NCBI GenBank assembly: GCA_041690395.1
Contig: JAWLHJ010000003.1
Location: 96,001-160,000, forward strand
Direction of reading: 5' to 3'
DNA from: Longimicrobiales bacterium
GTDB taxonomy: Bacteria; Gemmatimonadota; Gemmatimonadetes; Longimicrobiales; Gaopeijiaceae
Length of the DNA stretch: 64,000 bases
The position numbers and the translations under genes are program-made. This document shows positions 35,475 to 44,665 of this stretch, piece after piece. Every line of letters starts with the position of its first letter. Position 1 is the stretch's first letter. The notes beneath the pieces were generated by a model. It was not told where the DNA came from, made no database searches, and saw nothing but the letters and a program-made list of their open reading frames with translations.

Positions 35475-36037
35475 CGCCTCGTCCGATGCCTCCGGAGCTC
35501 GCGGAGCGGGTCCGGCTCGTGATCTTCGACGTGGACGGCGTCCTCACCGACGCCGGGGTGTATCTCGGTGTGCCCGAAGGAGGTGGGCGCATCGAGCTCA
35601 AGCGTTTCGACATCCAGGACGGGGTCGGCGTGAAGATGCTGACGTGGGCCGGAATCGAGGTCGCATGGGTATCCGGGCGCGTGTCCGAGGCGACCAGCAT
35701 CCGGGCGAAGGAGCTCGACGTCACCGAGTGTCACCAGGAGCCGAACGCGTACAAGCTCGGCGTGGTTCAGGACCTGCTGAAGCGGAAGGGCGTGGCCTGG
35801 AACGAGGTGGCGATGATCGCCGACGACATCCCGGACCTCGCCGTACTGGAGCGCGTGGGACTCAAGGCGGCCGTGGGCAACGCCACCCCGCCGGTCGTGC
35901 GGATCGCCGACTGGCAGGCCACGAAGCGTGGTGGACACGGCGCGGTCAGGGAGTTCTGCGACGCGTTGCTCGAGGCCCGCGGCGTCCTCGACGCGGTCGT
36001 AGAGGAGTACGTCGAGGCCCGGAGGGGGACCGCGTGA
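35471..36037 (+). CDS. kdsC: Kdo-8-phosphate phosphatase
   Basis: DVDGVLTD, DG.G, GGHGAVRE. Confidence 0.93.
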
Positions 36038-37005
36038 CGTCGGTCACCGAGAACGATCTCGTCGAGGAGGGCCGTCGGGTCCTCAACGCGGAAGCGGCCG
36101 CGGTCGGAGCGCTGGCGCCTCGCCTGGGGGCTCCGTTCGCGCGAGCCTGTCGGATGGTGGCCGACGCCCCGGGCCGCGTGGTCCTGAGCGGCATCGGCAA
36201 GAGCGGCCACATCGCGCGGAAGATCGCCGGCACGCTCACTTCGACGGGTACGCCCGCCACCTTCATGCACGCGGTGGAAGCGCTGCACGGAGACCTCGGT
36301 ATCGTGGGCGGCGGTGACGTCGCCATCCTGGTGTCACGTTCCGGCCGGGGCTCCGAGATCGGAGGGCTCCTGGGCTACCTCGGCCGCATGAGCACGCCGA
36401 TCATCGCGCTCACGGGCGACCGCGACAGCGACCTCGCGCGAAATGCGGACGTCGTCCTGGACTGCTCGGTCGACACCGAAGCGTGTCCGCTCGACCTCAC
36501 CCCCACGTCGTCGACCACCGCGGCGTTGGCGATGGGCGACGCCCTGGCCATGGTCGTGCTCCAGCTCAAGGGCTTCCAGGCGAGTGATTTCGCGGCGCTC
36601 CACCCCGGCGGGTCCCTCGGTCTGAAGCTCACGGTCCGGGTCGCCGACGTCATGATCTCGGAGGGGTATCCCTGGCTCCCGCGGGGTGCGACGATGCGCG
36701 AGGCCATCGTGCCCCTCGCGGAGCTCCGCGGAACCGTGCCCATCGTCGAGGACGACCGTCGCATCGCGGGCATCGTGACCACCGGAGACCTCACCCGGCT
36801 CATGGAGCGGGACGAGGCCTTCCTCGACCGCCGGGTCGACGACGTCATGACGACGTCACCGAAGACGGCCGTCGCGGAAGAGCTCGGGGCCCTGGCCGTC
36901 CAGCGCATGGAGGAGCACGGCATCATGGCACTCCCCGTCGTCGAGGACGGCAGGCTCGTCGGGATCGTGCATCTCCACGACCTATTGAGGTCGGGAGCCG
37001 TATGA
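36034..37005 (+). CDS. kdsD: Arabinose-5-phosphate isomerase (KdsD/KpsF)
   Basis: GIGKSGH, HGDLG, PTSSTTA, HPGGSLG, C-terminal CBS pair. Confidence 0.93.
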   Translation: MTSVTENDLVEEGRRVLNAEAAAVGALAPRLGAPFARACRMVADAPGRVVLSGIGKSGHIARKIAGTLTSTGTPATFMHAVEALHGDLGIVGGGDVAILVSRSGRGSEIGGLLGYLGRMSTPIIALTGDRDSDLARNADVVLDCSVDTEACPLDLTPTSSTTAALAMGDALAMVVLQLKGFQASDFAALHPGGSLGLKLTVRVADVMISEGYPWLPRGATMREAIVPLAELRGTVPIVEDDRRIAGIVTTGDLTRLMERDEAFLDRRVDDVMTTSPKTAVAEELGALAVQRMEEHGIMALPVVEDGRLVGIVHLHDLLRSGAV

Positions 37006-37553
37006 TGTGCCGGCCCTGGATGTTGCGATTGTCTGCAGCCGCCCTGTTGGGTGTCGCCGCCGCATGCGCCGACACGACCGAGACCCCGGTGGCCGACAGC
37101 GAGCTCCTCGAGCTCGCCGCCGACAACGTCATCTTCGGCATGACCAGCTATCTCACCACGAATGGCGTCCGCGAGGGCGAGATCCAGGCCGACACCGCGT
37201 TCATGTTCGTGGACTCGGCGCATGTCGATCTTCGGGGAATGCGCATCGTCTTCCACAACGAGGACGGGCGGCCCCGTGCGACGGTCACCGGGACGACCGG
37301 CGAGTGGGACCAGCGCCGGGACATCATGGTGGCTCGCGGCGACGTTCTCCTGCTGGTGCACCAGGACGGCCGGGAGATCCGGACCGAGGAGCTCCACTAC
37401 GACGCCTTCAACGAGCGTATCTGGAGCGATTCGACCACCGTCCAGACCCTCCCCGACGGTACCGTGACGCGGGGCTCGTCGTTCGAGTCCGACCTCACGT
37501 TCACCAACATCCGGATCGAGAACATCCGTGGAGGCGCTCGTGGCACGCCCTAG
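37002..37553 (+). CDS. lptC: LPS export protein LptC-like (lipoprotein-type N-terminus)
   Basis: Position between kdsD and lptA/lptB; beta-jellyroll-like sequence (TEELHYD, IWSDS); AAAC lipobox-like. Confidence 0.75.
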   Translation: MMCRPWMLRLSAAALLGVAAACADTTETPVADSELLELAADNVIFGMTSYLTTNGVREGEIQADTAFMFVDSAHVDLRGMRIVFHNEDGRPRATVTGTTGEWDQRRDIMVARGDVLLLVHQDGREIRTEELHYDAFNERIWSDSTTVQTLPDGTVTRGSSFESDLTFTNIRIENIRGGARGTP

Positions 37554-39069
37554 CGCCTCCAGGATCGCCTGTCTCGTCACGATGCTCCTCGGAGTCGTCG
37601 TCGCGGCGTCGCCCGTCTCGGCCCAGGACGGGTGCGAGTTCGGCGAGGAGGGCAACGACGTGCTGCGGCAGGTCACGATGACCGGCGGGGAAGCGATCTT
37701 CTACGTCACGAGGCCCCACCTCGTCTGCGAGGGCGGCATCCAGATCTGGGCCGACTCCGCGGAAGCGTTCACGGCGACCAACCTGGCTCATCTGATCGGG
37801 TCGGTACGGTACGAGGACCCGACCCGGACACTCGTGGCCGACGAGGCGCGTTACTTCTCCCAGGTAGGACGGCTTCAGGCCCAGGGCGGCATGCGGGTCG
37901 TGGACCGGGACGAGGGGTCCACGATCGAGAATGGCGCCCTGGTGTATCTGCGCCGGACGGACTTCCGCGACGTGGAGTCCATGACGGTCACGATGCTCGA
38001 CGACGAGAGCCGGCCCCGGGCCACCCTGTCCGACGCGGGGGACGCCGCAGCACCCGGTGAGGAGCGCGTCTACGTCGTCGTCGGTGACCGTATCGAGTCT
38101 CGCGGGGCGGACCTCCTCCGCTCGACCGGGGCCGTCGAACTCCTGTTCGACTCGGTCGTCGCATACGCCGACACGCTGGAGTACGAGGAGACCGTGGACC
38201 GGGTGGATCTGCGGGGCAACGCCGTCGTCGACGCCCCCGAATACGATCTGCGCGGCGCCCGCATCGAGCTCACGTCGCCGGAGGCGGGCCGGCGCGATGT
38301 CCGCGCCACCCGCGACGCCCAGCTGACCGGCGAAGACTTCTCGCTCACCGCGGAGCGGATCTTCCTGTTCGCCCGGGACGACCGGATGGAACGCCTGGTC
38401 GCCCTGCCGGCGGCCACCGACTCCGCCTCCGCGGCGGCCGGCCGTCCCGCGGTGGAGCCCGTGCCCTCCGGGCCGACTCCAATGGCCGCGACCGGGCAGC
38501 GCCCGGTCGCCGTCGCCCAGTCGTTCGAGATCACCGCGGACTCGCTCGAGATCCTCGCACCGGAAGAGCGCCTGGAGCGGGTGTTCGCCGCGGGCCGGGC
38601 GCGGAGCGTCTCCACAGGCCGGGACTCACTCACGGTCGAGTCGCTCCCGGACGTCGCGCGGACCGATTGGCTCGAGGGCGACACCATCGTCGTGACCTTC
38701 GTGCCCAGGGCCCGGGCGGTCATGGCGGCTGCCGCAGACTCGGTCGCCGGGGCCGCACCGGTCTCCACGCCGGACCCGGAGCTCGTCGCGGACAGCGTCG
38801 GAGGAGGCGCGCTCGAGGCGGGCGACACCGCCGACGCGGGCGTCGACGTGGACCGGATCGTGGCTATCGCCTCCGCCCGCAGCCTCTACCGACTGCCGCC
38901 GTCCGACCGGTCGGCGGTCGCGGGCGTCGATCCGCCCGCGGTGCACTACGTCGTGGGCGACCGCATCACCATCGTGATGCGTGACGGCGAGGTGGAGCGC
39001 ATGGAGGTCGTGGGGTCGACCACCGGCGTGCATCTCGAGCCCATCAGGCCCACGGGAGGCGGACGATGA
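37540..39069 (+). CDS. Long OstA/LptA-like periplasmic protein
   Basis: Signal peptide; repeated xAD/GD-x-(L/I) strand motifs (IWADSA, LVADEA, AYADTLEY, ITADSL, LEGDTI, VVGDRI); between lptC and lptB; start uncertain. Confidence 0.65.
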   Translation: MARPSASRIACLVTMLLGVVVAASPVSAQDGCEFGEEGNDVLRQVTMTGGEAIFYVTRPHLVCEGGIQIWADSAEAFTATNLAHLIGSVRYEDPTRTLVADEARYFSQVGRLQAQGGMRVVDRDEGSTIENGALVYLRRTDFRDVESMTVTMLDDESRPRATLSDAGDAAAPGEERVYVVVGDRIESRGADLLRSTGAVELLFDSVVAYADTLEYEETVDRVDLRGNAVVDAPEYDLRGARIELTSPEAGRRDVRATRDAQLTGEDFSLTAERIFLFARDDRMERLVALPAATDSASAAAGRPAVEPVPSGPTPMAATGQRPVAVAQSFEITADSLEILAPEERLERVFAAGRARSVSTGRDSLTVESLPDVARTDWLEGDTIVVTFVPRARAVMAAAADSVAGAAPVSTPDPELVADSVGGGALEAGDTADAGVDVDRIVAIASARSLYRLPPSDRSAVAGVDPPAVHYVVGDRITIVMRDGEVERMEVVGSTTGVHLEPIRPTGGGR

Positions 39070-39902
39070 CCGTCGAAGCCGGCACGGGCACCACGGCGCG
39101 CCCCCCGATCATCCCGGGAAACAGCGTTCTCCAAGGCGTGGGGCTCACCAAGGCCTACCAGCGGCGCAAGGTCGTCAACGAGGTCGACATCCGGGTCTCG
39201 CAGTCCGAGATCGTGGGTCTGCTCGGCCCGAACGGGGCGGGGAAGACCACCACGTTCTACATGCTGGTGGGGCTCATTTCGCCCGACACGGGGACCGTGC
39301 GCCTCGACGGCGAGGACCTCACCCGCGTCCCGATGTATCAGCGTGCGCGCAAGGGGATCGGCTATCTTGCCCAGGAGCCGTCCATCTTTCGCAAGTTGTC
39401 CGTCGAGGACAACGTATTGGCCATCCTCCAGACGCTGGGGCTGCCGCGCGCGGAGGAAAAGGCCCGCCTCGAGGGGCTCCTGGGTGAGCTCGGCCTCACC
39501 GGCTTGCGCAGAAGCAAGGCGTACGCGCTGTCCGGCGGAGAGCGCCGCAGGCTCGAGATCACGCGGGCGTTGGTTCAGCGCCCGAAGTTCATGCTGCTCG
39601 ACGAGCCATTCGCCGGGATCGACCCGATCGCCGTGAACGACATCCAGGTGATCGTGCGCGGCCTCCGGGAGCGGGGCATCGGCGTCATCATCTCCGATCA
39701 CAACGTGGAACAGACTCTGGATATCGTCGATCGAGCCTACATCATGTACGAGGGCCGTATCCGCGTGACGGGTACGGTGTCCGAGCTCGTCTGGAACGAC
39801 GAGGTGGCGGAGATCTACCTCGGGCCGACCCTGACGGCACGCATGCGTAGCCGCTACGAGCGGCCGGCCGAGCCGCGTCAGGAAACGAGGCTCACGCCAT
39901 GA
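39066..39902 (+). CDS. lptB: LPS export ABC ATPase
   Basis: GPNGAGKTTTFYM, YLAQEPSIFRKL, LSGGERRR, LDEPFAGIDP, DHNV. Confidence 0.95.
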   Translation: MTVEAGTGTTARPPIIPGNSVLQGVGLTKAYQRRKVVNEVDIRVSQSEIVGLLGPNGAGKTTTFYMLVGLISPDTGTVRLDGEDLTRVPMYQRARKGIGYLAQEPSIFRKLSVEDNVLAILQTLGLPRAEEKARLEGLLGELGLTGLRRSKAYALSGGERRRLEITRALVQRPKFMLLDEPFAGIDPIAVNDIQVIVRGLRERGIGVIISDHNVEQTLDIVDRAYIMYEGRIRVTGTVSELVWNDEVAEIYLGPTLTARMRSRYERPAEPRQETRLTP

Positions 39903-41404
39903 GCCAGATGAATACGAAGCTCTTCCAGAGCCAGCAGATGCGGCAGGAGATGCGCATCAACCCTCGCCTGTACCAGGCGATGGAGTTGCTCTACATGCCC
40001 CTGCTGGACCTGCAGCAGCACCTCAAGGAGGAGCTGGCCGAGAATCCCTTCCTGGAGATGTCGGAGGCGGACGTCCAGCAGGAGGTCGAGCTCAAGGAGG
40101 ACACGAAGGACGAGCCGCTCGGCGACGAGGTGGACTGGGAGGAGATCCTGCTCGACGGCTTCGACGTCGGCGGGCGTAGGCAACAGTACGAGCACAAGGA
40201 GTACATCGAGCCGACACCGGTCGAGACCCCGGACCTCCACGACTACCTCAACGACCAGCTCCACATGCTCCCGATCGACGATCGCGAGCTGCGCCTGGGC
40301 GAGGAGATCATCGGCAACGTCGACGACACCGGCATGCTCTCCTGCCCGCTGGAAGAGGTCGTGGCGGGCGCGAATGTCTGGCTCGAAGACGTCCGACCGG
40401 TGGCCATCGAGAAGGCCCGGGAGATCGAGGACGAGGACGAGCGGGCCGAGGAGCTCGCGGAGATCGACCGGCTCTTCCGTCCGTACGAAGTCGAAGAGGC
40501 CGAGCGCATGCTCGTGGTGGTCCAGGCCATGGATCCCCCCGGTGTGGCGGCCCGCGACATCCGCGAGTGCATCCTGATCCAGCTGGATCAGGGCGATGAG
40601 GAAGACGGACTGGCGCGCACCATCGTCCAGGAGCACTTCGACGCCCTCATCCACCATCGTTGGGGCGACATCGCGAAGGAGCTCGGGATCTCAGCCAAGG
40701 AGGCCCAGGACGCCGCCGACAGGATCAGCGGTCTCGACCCGAAGCCCGGCCTCAAGCACTCGGCGGCCTCGGACGAGTACATCGTCCCGGACCTCATCGT
40801 CGAGAAGATCGACGGTGAGTACCTGGTCTTCGCGAACGATACGAGCCTTCCCCGGCTACGGATCTCCCGGTCCTACCGCGAGGTGGCCAAGGACAAGAAC
40901 AAGTTCACCGGCGAGAACAAGGAGTTCATCGCGGCCAAGCTGAACTCGGCCAACTGGATGATCCAGGCCATCGAGCAGCGGCGTCAGACGATGCTGAAGG
41001 TGATGAACTTCATCGTCGACCGGCAGCGGGAGTTCTTCGAGCGCGGCGTGCAGCACCTCCGTCCGCTCACGCTCCGCGAGGTCGCGGACTACATCGAGAT
41101 GCACGAGTCCACGGTCTCCCGGGTGACGAACAAGAAGTACGTCCAGACCCCGCGGGGGGTGTTCTCGCTGAAGTACTTCTTCTCGAGCGGGCTCTCCACG
41201 ATGAGCGGCGAGGACATCTCGGCCCGCGGCGTGAAGGACATGATCAAGGGTATGGTCACCGACGAGGATCCCAAGAAGCCGCTGACCGACCAGGCCATCG
41301 TCAAGCTCCTGAAGAACGAGGGCGTGAAGATCGCCCGACGCACGGTCGCCAAGTACCGGGATCAGATGGGGATCCTCCCGGCCCGCATGAGAAAGCGTGT
41401 CTGA
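39899..41404 (+). CDS. rpoN: RNA polymerase sigma-54
   Basis: ENPFLE, HESTVSR, RpoN box ARRTVAKYR. Confidence 0.97.
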   Translation: MSQMNTKLFQSQQMRQEMRINPRLYQAMELLYMPLLDLQQHLKEELAENPFLEMSEADVQQEVELKEDTKDEPLGDEVDWEEILLDGFDVGGRRQQYEHKEYIEPTPVETPDLHDYLNDQLHMLPIDDRELRLGEEIIGNVDDTGMLSCPLEEVVAGANVWLEDVRPVAIEKAREIEDEDERAEELAEIDRLFRPYEVEEAERMLVVVQAMDPPGVAARDIRECILIQLDQGDEEDGLARTIVQEHFDALIHHRWGDIAKELGISAKEAQDAADRISGLDPKPGLKHSAASDEYIVPDLIVEKIDGEYLVFANDTSLPRLRISRSYREVAKDKNKFTGENKEFIAAKLNSANWMIQAIEQRRQTMLKVMNFIVDRQREFFERGVQHLRPLTLREVADYIEMHESTVSRVTNKKYVQTPRGVFSLKYFFSSGLSTMSGEDISARGVKDMIKGMVTDEDPKKPLTDQAIVKLLKNEGVKIARRTVAKYRDQMGILPARMRKRV

Positions 41405-42374
41405 GCCGACGGGCCATGCGCTCGGCGCGACCATGCGCCGGGACTTCGCGGTCGTCGTGCCCGCTTTCGACGAAGCTCCGGTCGTGCCCGATCTCGTGCG
41501 GGAGCTCAGGGAGGCGTTCCGGCGTCACGACCTGCACGGCGAAGTGCTGTTCGTCGACGACGGGTCGACCGATGGCACGGCGGAGCTGGCCGAGCGTGAA
41601 GCCGCGGATTGGCCGGAGTTCCGGGTGCTCCGCCACGGCGTGAATCTTGGCAAGACCGAAGCGCTGCTGACCGCCTCGGAAGCCACGGACAAGCCCTATC
41701 TGGTCCTCTTCGACGCCGATCTCCAGCACCTTCCGGACGAGATTCCGCGCTTCCTCGAGAAGCTCGAAGAGGGATGGGACATCGTCACCGGCCGGAAGAT
41801 CGGTCAGTACGACAAGCGGGCGGTCTCGTCCGCCTACAACCGGCTGTCGCGGAGGATCTTCCGCGTGCCCGTCTCCGACCTGAACTCGATGAAGGCGTTC
41901 CGCCGGAGCATCCTCGAGGGCATCCAGCTCCGTCACGACTGGCACCGATTCTTCGTGGTGCTGGCGCACGCGCGCGGCGCGTCCGTGACCGAGATCGACA
42001 TCGACCTGCATCCCAGGCGAGCGGGCACCTCGAAGTTCCAGGGGCCGTTCCGGATCCTGGTGGGGATCTTCGACCTGGTGTCGGTCTGGTTCCTGCTGCT
42101 CTTCTCGCGCAAGCCGCTCCTTCTGTTCGGCGGGACCGGGCTGACGCTGGCCGCTCTGGGCGTCGTGGTCGCGGCCGTGACGACGTATCTGCGCTTCCTC
42201 CATCCCATGTTGGGGTTCGAGGCCTACATCCCCCCGATGGGATACCGCCCGCTGCTCTACCTCGTGATGCTCCTGGAGACCGTCGGCTTCGTGCTCGTGG
42301 GCTTCGGGCTCGTGTCGGAGCAGGTGGCACAGGTGCGCGACGAGCTCGAGGCGATTCGAAGGCAGGGGCGCTGA
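41397..42374 (+). CDS. GT2 polyprenyl-phosphate glycosyltransferase (ArnC/GtrB-like)
   Basis: VDDGSTD, DADLQ, two C-terminal TM helices; start may be 41433. Confidence 0.85.
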   Translation: MSEPTGHALGATMRRDFAVVVPAFDEAPVVPDLVRELREAFRRHDLHGEVLFVDDGSTDGTAELAEREAADWPEFRVLRHGVNLGKTEALLTASEATDKPYLVLFDADLQHLPDEIPRFLEKLEEGWDIVTGRKIGQYDKRAVSSAYNRLSRRIFRVPVSDLNSMKAFRRSILEGIQLRHDWHRFFVVLAHARGASVTEIDIDLHPRRAGTSKFQGPFRILVGIFDLVSVWFLLLFSRKPLLLFGGTGLTLAALGVVVAAVTTYLRFLHPMLGFEAYIPPMGYRPLLYLVMLLETVGFVLVGFGLVSEQVAQVRDELEAIRRQGR

Positions 42375-42377
42375 CCC

Positions 42378-43523
42378 TTGGCCGGCAAGGTGTTGGTCGT
42401 GGTCGGAACACGCCCCGAGGCCATCAAGATGGCTCCGGTCGTCGACGCGCTCGGTCGTGAGGCGGGCATCGAGACCCGGGTCGCGCTGACCGGGCAGCAC
42501 GGCGATCTCGTCGACCAGGCGCTCCGCGCGTTCGGCATCGAGCCGGGGTACGACCTGGGCATCATGAAGCCGGACCAGAGCCTCTACGACGTCGTGCACG
42601 GAGTGCTGGACGGCCTGCAGGACGTGGTCCGTGGATACCGACCCGACCTGCTGCTCGTGCAGGGAGACACCGCCACGGTCTTCGCCGCCTCATTGGTCGG
42701 GTTCTTCGAGCACGTCGCGGTGGGGCACGTAGAGGCGGGGCTCAGGAGCGGAACCGACAGGAAGCAGCCGTTCCCCGAGGAGATGTTCCGGCGCCTCACG
42801 GACGTCATGGCCGATGTGTACTTCGCGCCGACCCCGGTCGCCCGGGACGCCCTCCTCGCCGAGAACGTGCCGGTGGACCAGGTATTCGTGACCGGGAACA
42901 CCGTCGTCGACGCGCTCCACCAGGCCGCTTCACAGCGGCGCCCCGTCCAGGACCCGGACCTGCGGAGCGTGGTCGAGGACCCGGACGTGCGCTTCGTCCT
43001 CCTCACCGCCCACCGCCGGGAATCCTTCGGGGAGCCGCTGCGTGGCGTGTTCCAGGCCGTGAGGGTCCTGGCCGATCTCGACCCGACGGTACGCATCGTC
43101 TACCCGGTCCATCCCAACCCGAACGTCTCGGCCCCGGCACGCGAGATCCTGTCGGGGCATCCGCGAATCGCGCTCACCCCGCCACTCGACTACTTCGACC
43201 TCGTGGCCGCGCTCCAGCGGGCCGACGTCGTGCTGACGGACTCGGGGGGTATCCAGGAAGAAGCGCCGACCTTCGGTGCGCCCGTCCTCGTGCTGCGCGA
43301 CCGCACGGAGCGCCCGGAGGGCGTGGAGGCCGGTGTCGCCGAGCTCGTCGGCACGGATCGCGGCCGGATCCTGGCCCGGGCCCGGGCGCTCCTGCGGAGG
43401 AAGCGCGGTACGGCCCAACCGAGACAGCCCTATGGAGACGGACACGCAGCGGAGCGTATCGCGGACATCGTCGCGACCCGGCTCACCGGTCGAGCCCGCC
43501 GGACCCGGGACTGGACGCCGTGA
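42378..43523 (+). CDS. wecB: UDP-GlcNAc 2-epimerase (non-hydrolysing)
   Basis: GTRPEAIKMAP, QGDT, HVEAGLR, TDSGGIQEEAP, TERPE. Confidence 0.93.
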   Translation: MAGKVLVVVGTRPEAIKMAPVVDALGREAGIETRVALTGQHGDLVDQALRAFGIEPGYDLGIMKPDQSLYDVVHGVLDGLQDVVRGYRPDLLLVQGDTATVFAASLVGFFEHVAVGHVEAGLRSGTDRKQPFPEEMFRRLTDVMADVYFAPTPVARDALLAENVPVDQVFVTGNTVVDALHQAASQRRPVQDPDLRSVVEDPDVRFVLLTAHRRESFGEPLRGVFQAVRVLADLDPTVRIVYPVHPNPNVSAPAREILSGHPRIALTPPLDYFDLVAALQRADVVLTDSGGIQEEAPTFGAPVLVLRDRTERPEGVEAGVAELVGTDRGRILARARALLRRKRGTAQPRQPYGDGHAAERIADIVATRLTGRARRTRDWTP

Positions 43524-44665
43524 ACATCCTGATGCACAGCGTCTACTTCCCCCCCGAGGTAGGCGGCCTGGAGAGTCACGTGTACTACCTGTGCCGTGGA
43601 CTGGCGGCGCGGGGCCACCGGGTCGATGTGGTGACGTCACGATCCCGCCCGGAGCTTCCGGAAAGCGAGGTCATGTCCGGAGTCCGAGTGTGGCGGACCC
43701 CGCTGCCCGCGCGGAATACCGTGGGGTGGGCCGCCCATGCGCTCGGGTCGATGCCGCGCTTCGGTGCCCTCGCCCGCGGAGCCGACATCCTGCACGCGCA
43801 GGACATCGCGGCCGTCCTCCCGTGCATGGTCGCGCGACGGGCGGCCGGAGGGGTGCCCTTCGTGACCACGTATCACACGAGCCACTTTCTCAAGCGGGCC
43901 GGCTCGCCCTTCTGGCGCCCCGTGTTCCGACGCTTCATCCGTGCGGCGGCCTACAACCTGGCCGCGAGCACGGAGATCGCCGAGGTGGCGCGGGCCATCG
44001 CCCCGGAGAGCGAGGTCGAGCCGCTGACGAACGGCGTCGACACCGACACGTTCACGAAGGTCCCGCCCACGCTGCCTGCGCCTCCGGCGGGGCGGAAGCG
44101 CCTGATCGTGCCGCGCCGGCTCTTCGAGAAGAACGGCGTCGCGTTCCTGGTTCGGGCGATGCCCCGGATCGTCGAAAACGTCGACGCGGAGGCCGTGCTG
44201 ATCGGCGACGGGCCGGAGCGTCGGGGCCTCGAGAGGCTGGCCGCCGAGCTCGGAGTCGCCGACCGGGTCGCGTTTCTCGGAGCGCGCCCCAACGAGGACA
44301 TGCCGGGCATCCTGTCCAGCGGTGACCTCGCGGTCTTCCCGTCCCTCATGGAGGCGACGTCCGTCGCTGCCCTGGAGGCGATGGCGTGCGAGCTGCCGGT
44401 CGCCGCGTCCCGCGTGGGGGGCCTCCCCGAGATCGTCGACGATTCCGTGGGCGCTCTCTTCGCGCCGGCCGATCCCGACGCGCTGGCTCGAACGGTGGTG
44501 GAACTGCTCGAAGGTGGACAGCTTTCCACCCTCGGCGCCACCGCCCGCCGTCGCGTGGTCGAGCGGTGGAGCAACGAGCGTCTGGTCGACAGGCACATCG
44601 AGGTCTACCGGGCGGTTCTAGAGGGTTCAGGGCATCGAACTGGAGAGGGAGCGGACGTTGGCTGA
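43520..44665 (+). CDS. GT4 family glycosyltransferase
   Basis: FPPEVGG, EATSVAALEAMAC (ExxxxxxxE), VGGLPEIV. Confidence 0.9.
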   Translation: MNILMHSVYFPPEVGGLESHVYYLCRGLAARGHRVDVVTSRSRPELPESEVMSGVRVWRTPLPARNTVGWAAHALGSMPRFGALARGADILHAQDIAAVLPCMVARRAAGGVPFVTTYHTSHFLKRAGSPFWRPVFRRFIRAAAYNLAASTEIAEVARAIAPESEVEPLTNGVDTDTFTKVPPTLPAPPAGRKRLIVPRRLFEKNGVAFLVRAMPRIVENVDAEAVLIGDGPERRGLERLAAELGVADRVAFLGARPNEDMPGILSSGDLAVFPSLMEATSVAALEAMACELPVAASRVGGLPEIVDDSVGALFAPADPDALARTVVELLEGGQLSTLGATARRRVVERWSNERLVDRHIEVYRAVLEGSGHRTGEGADVG

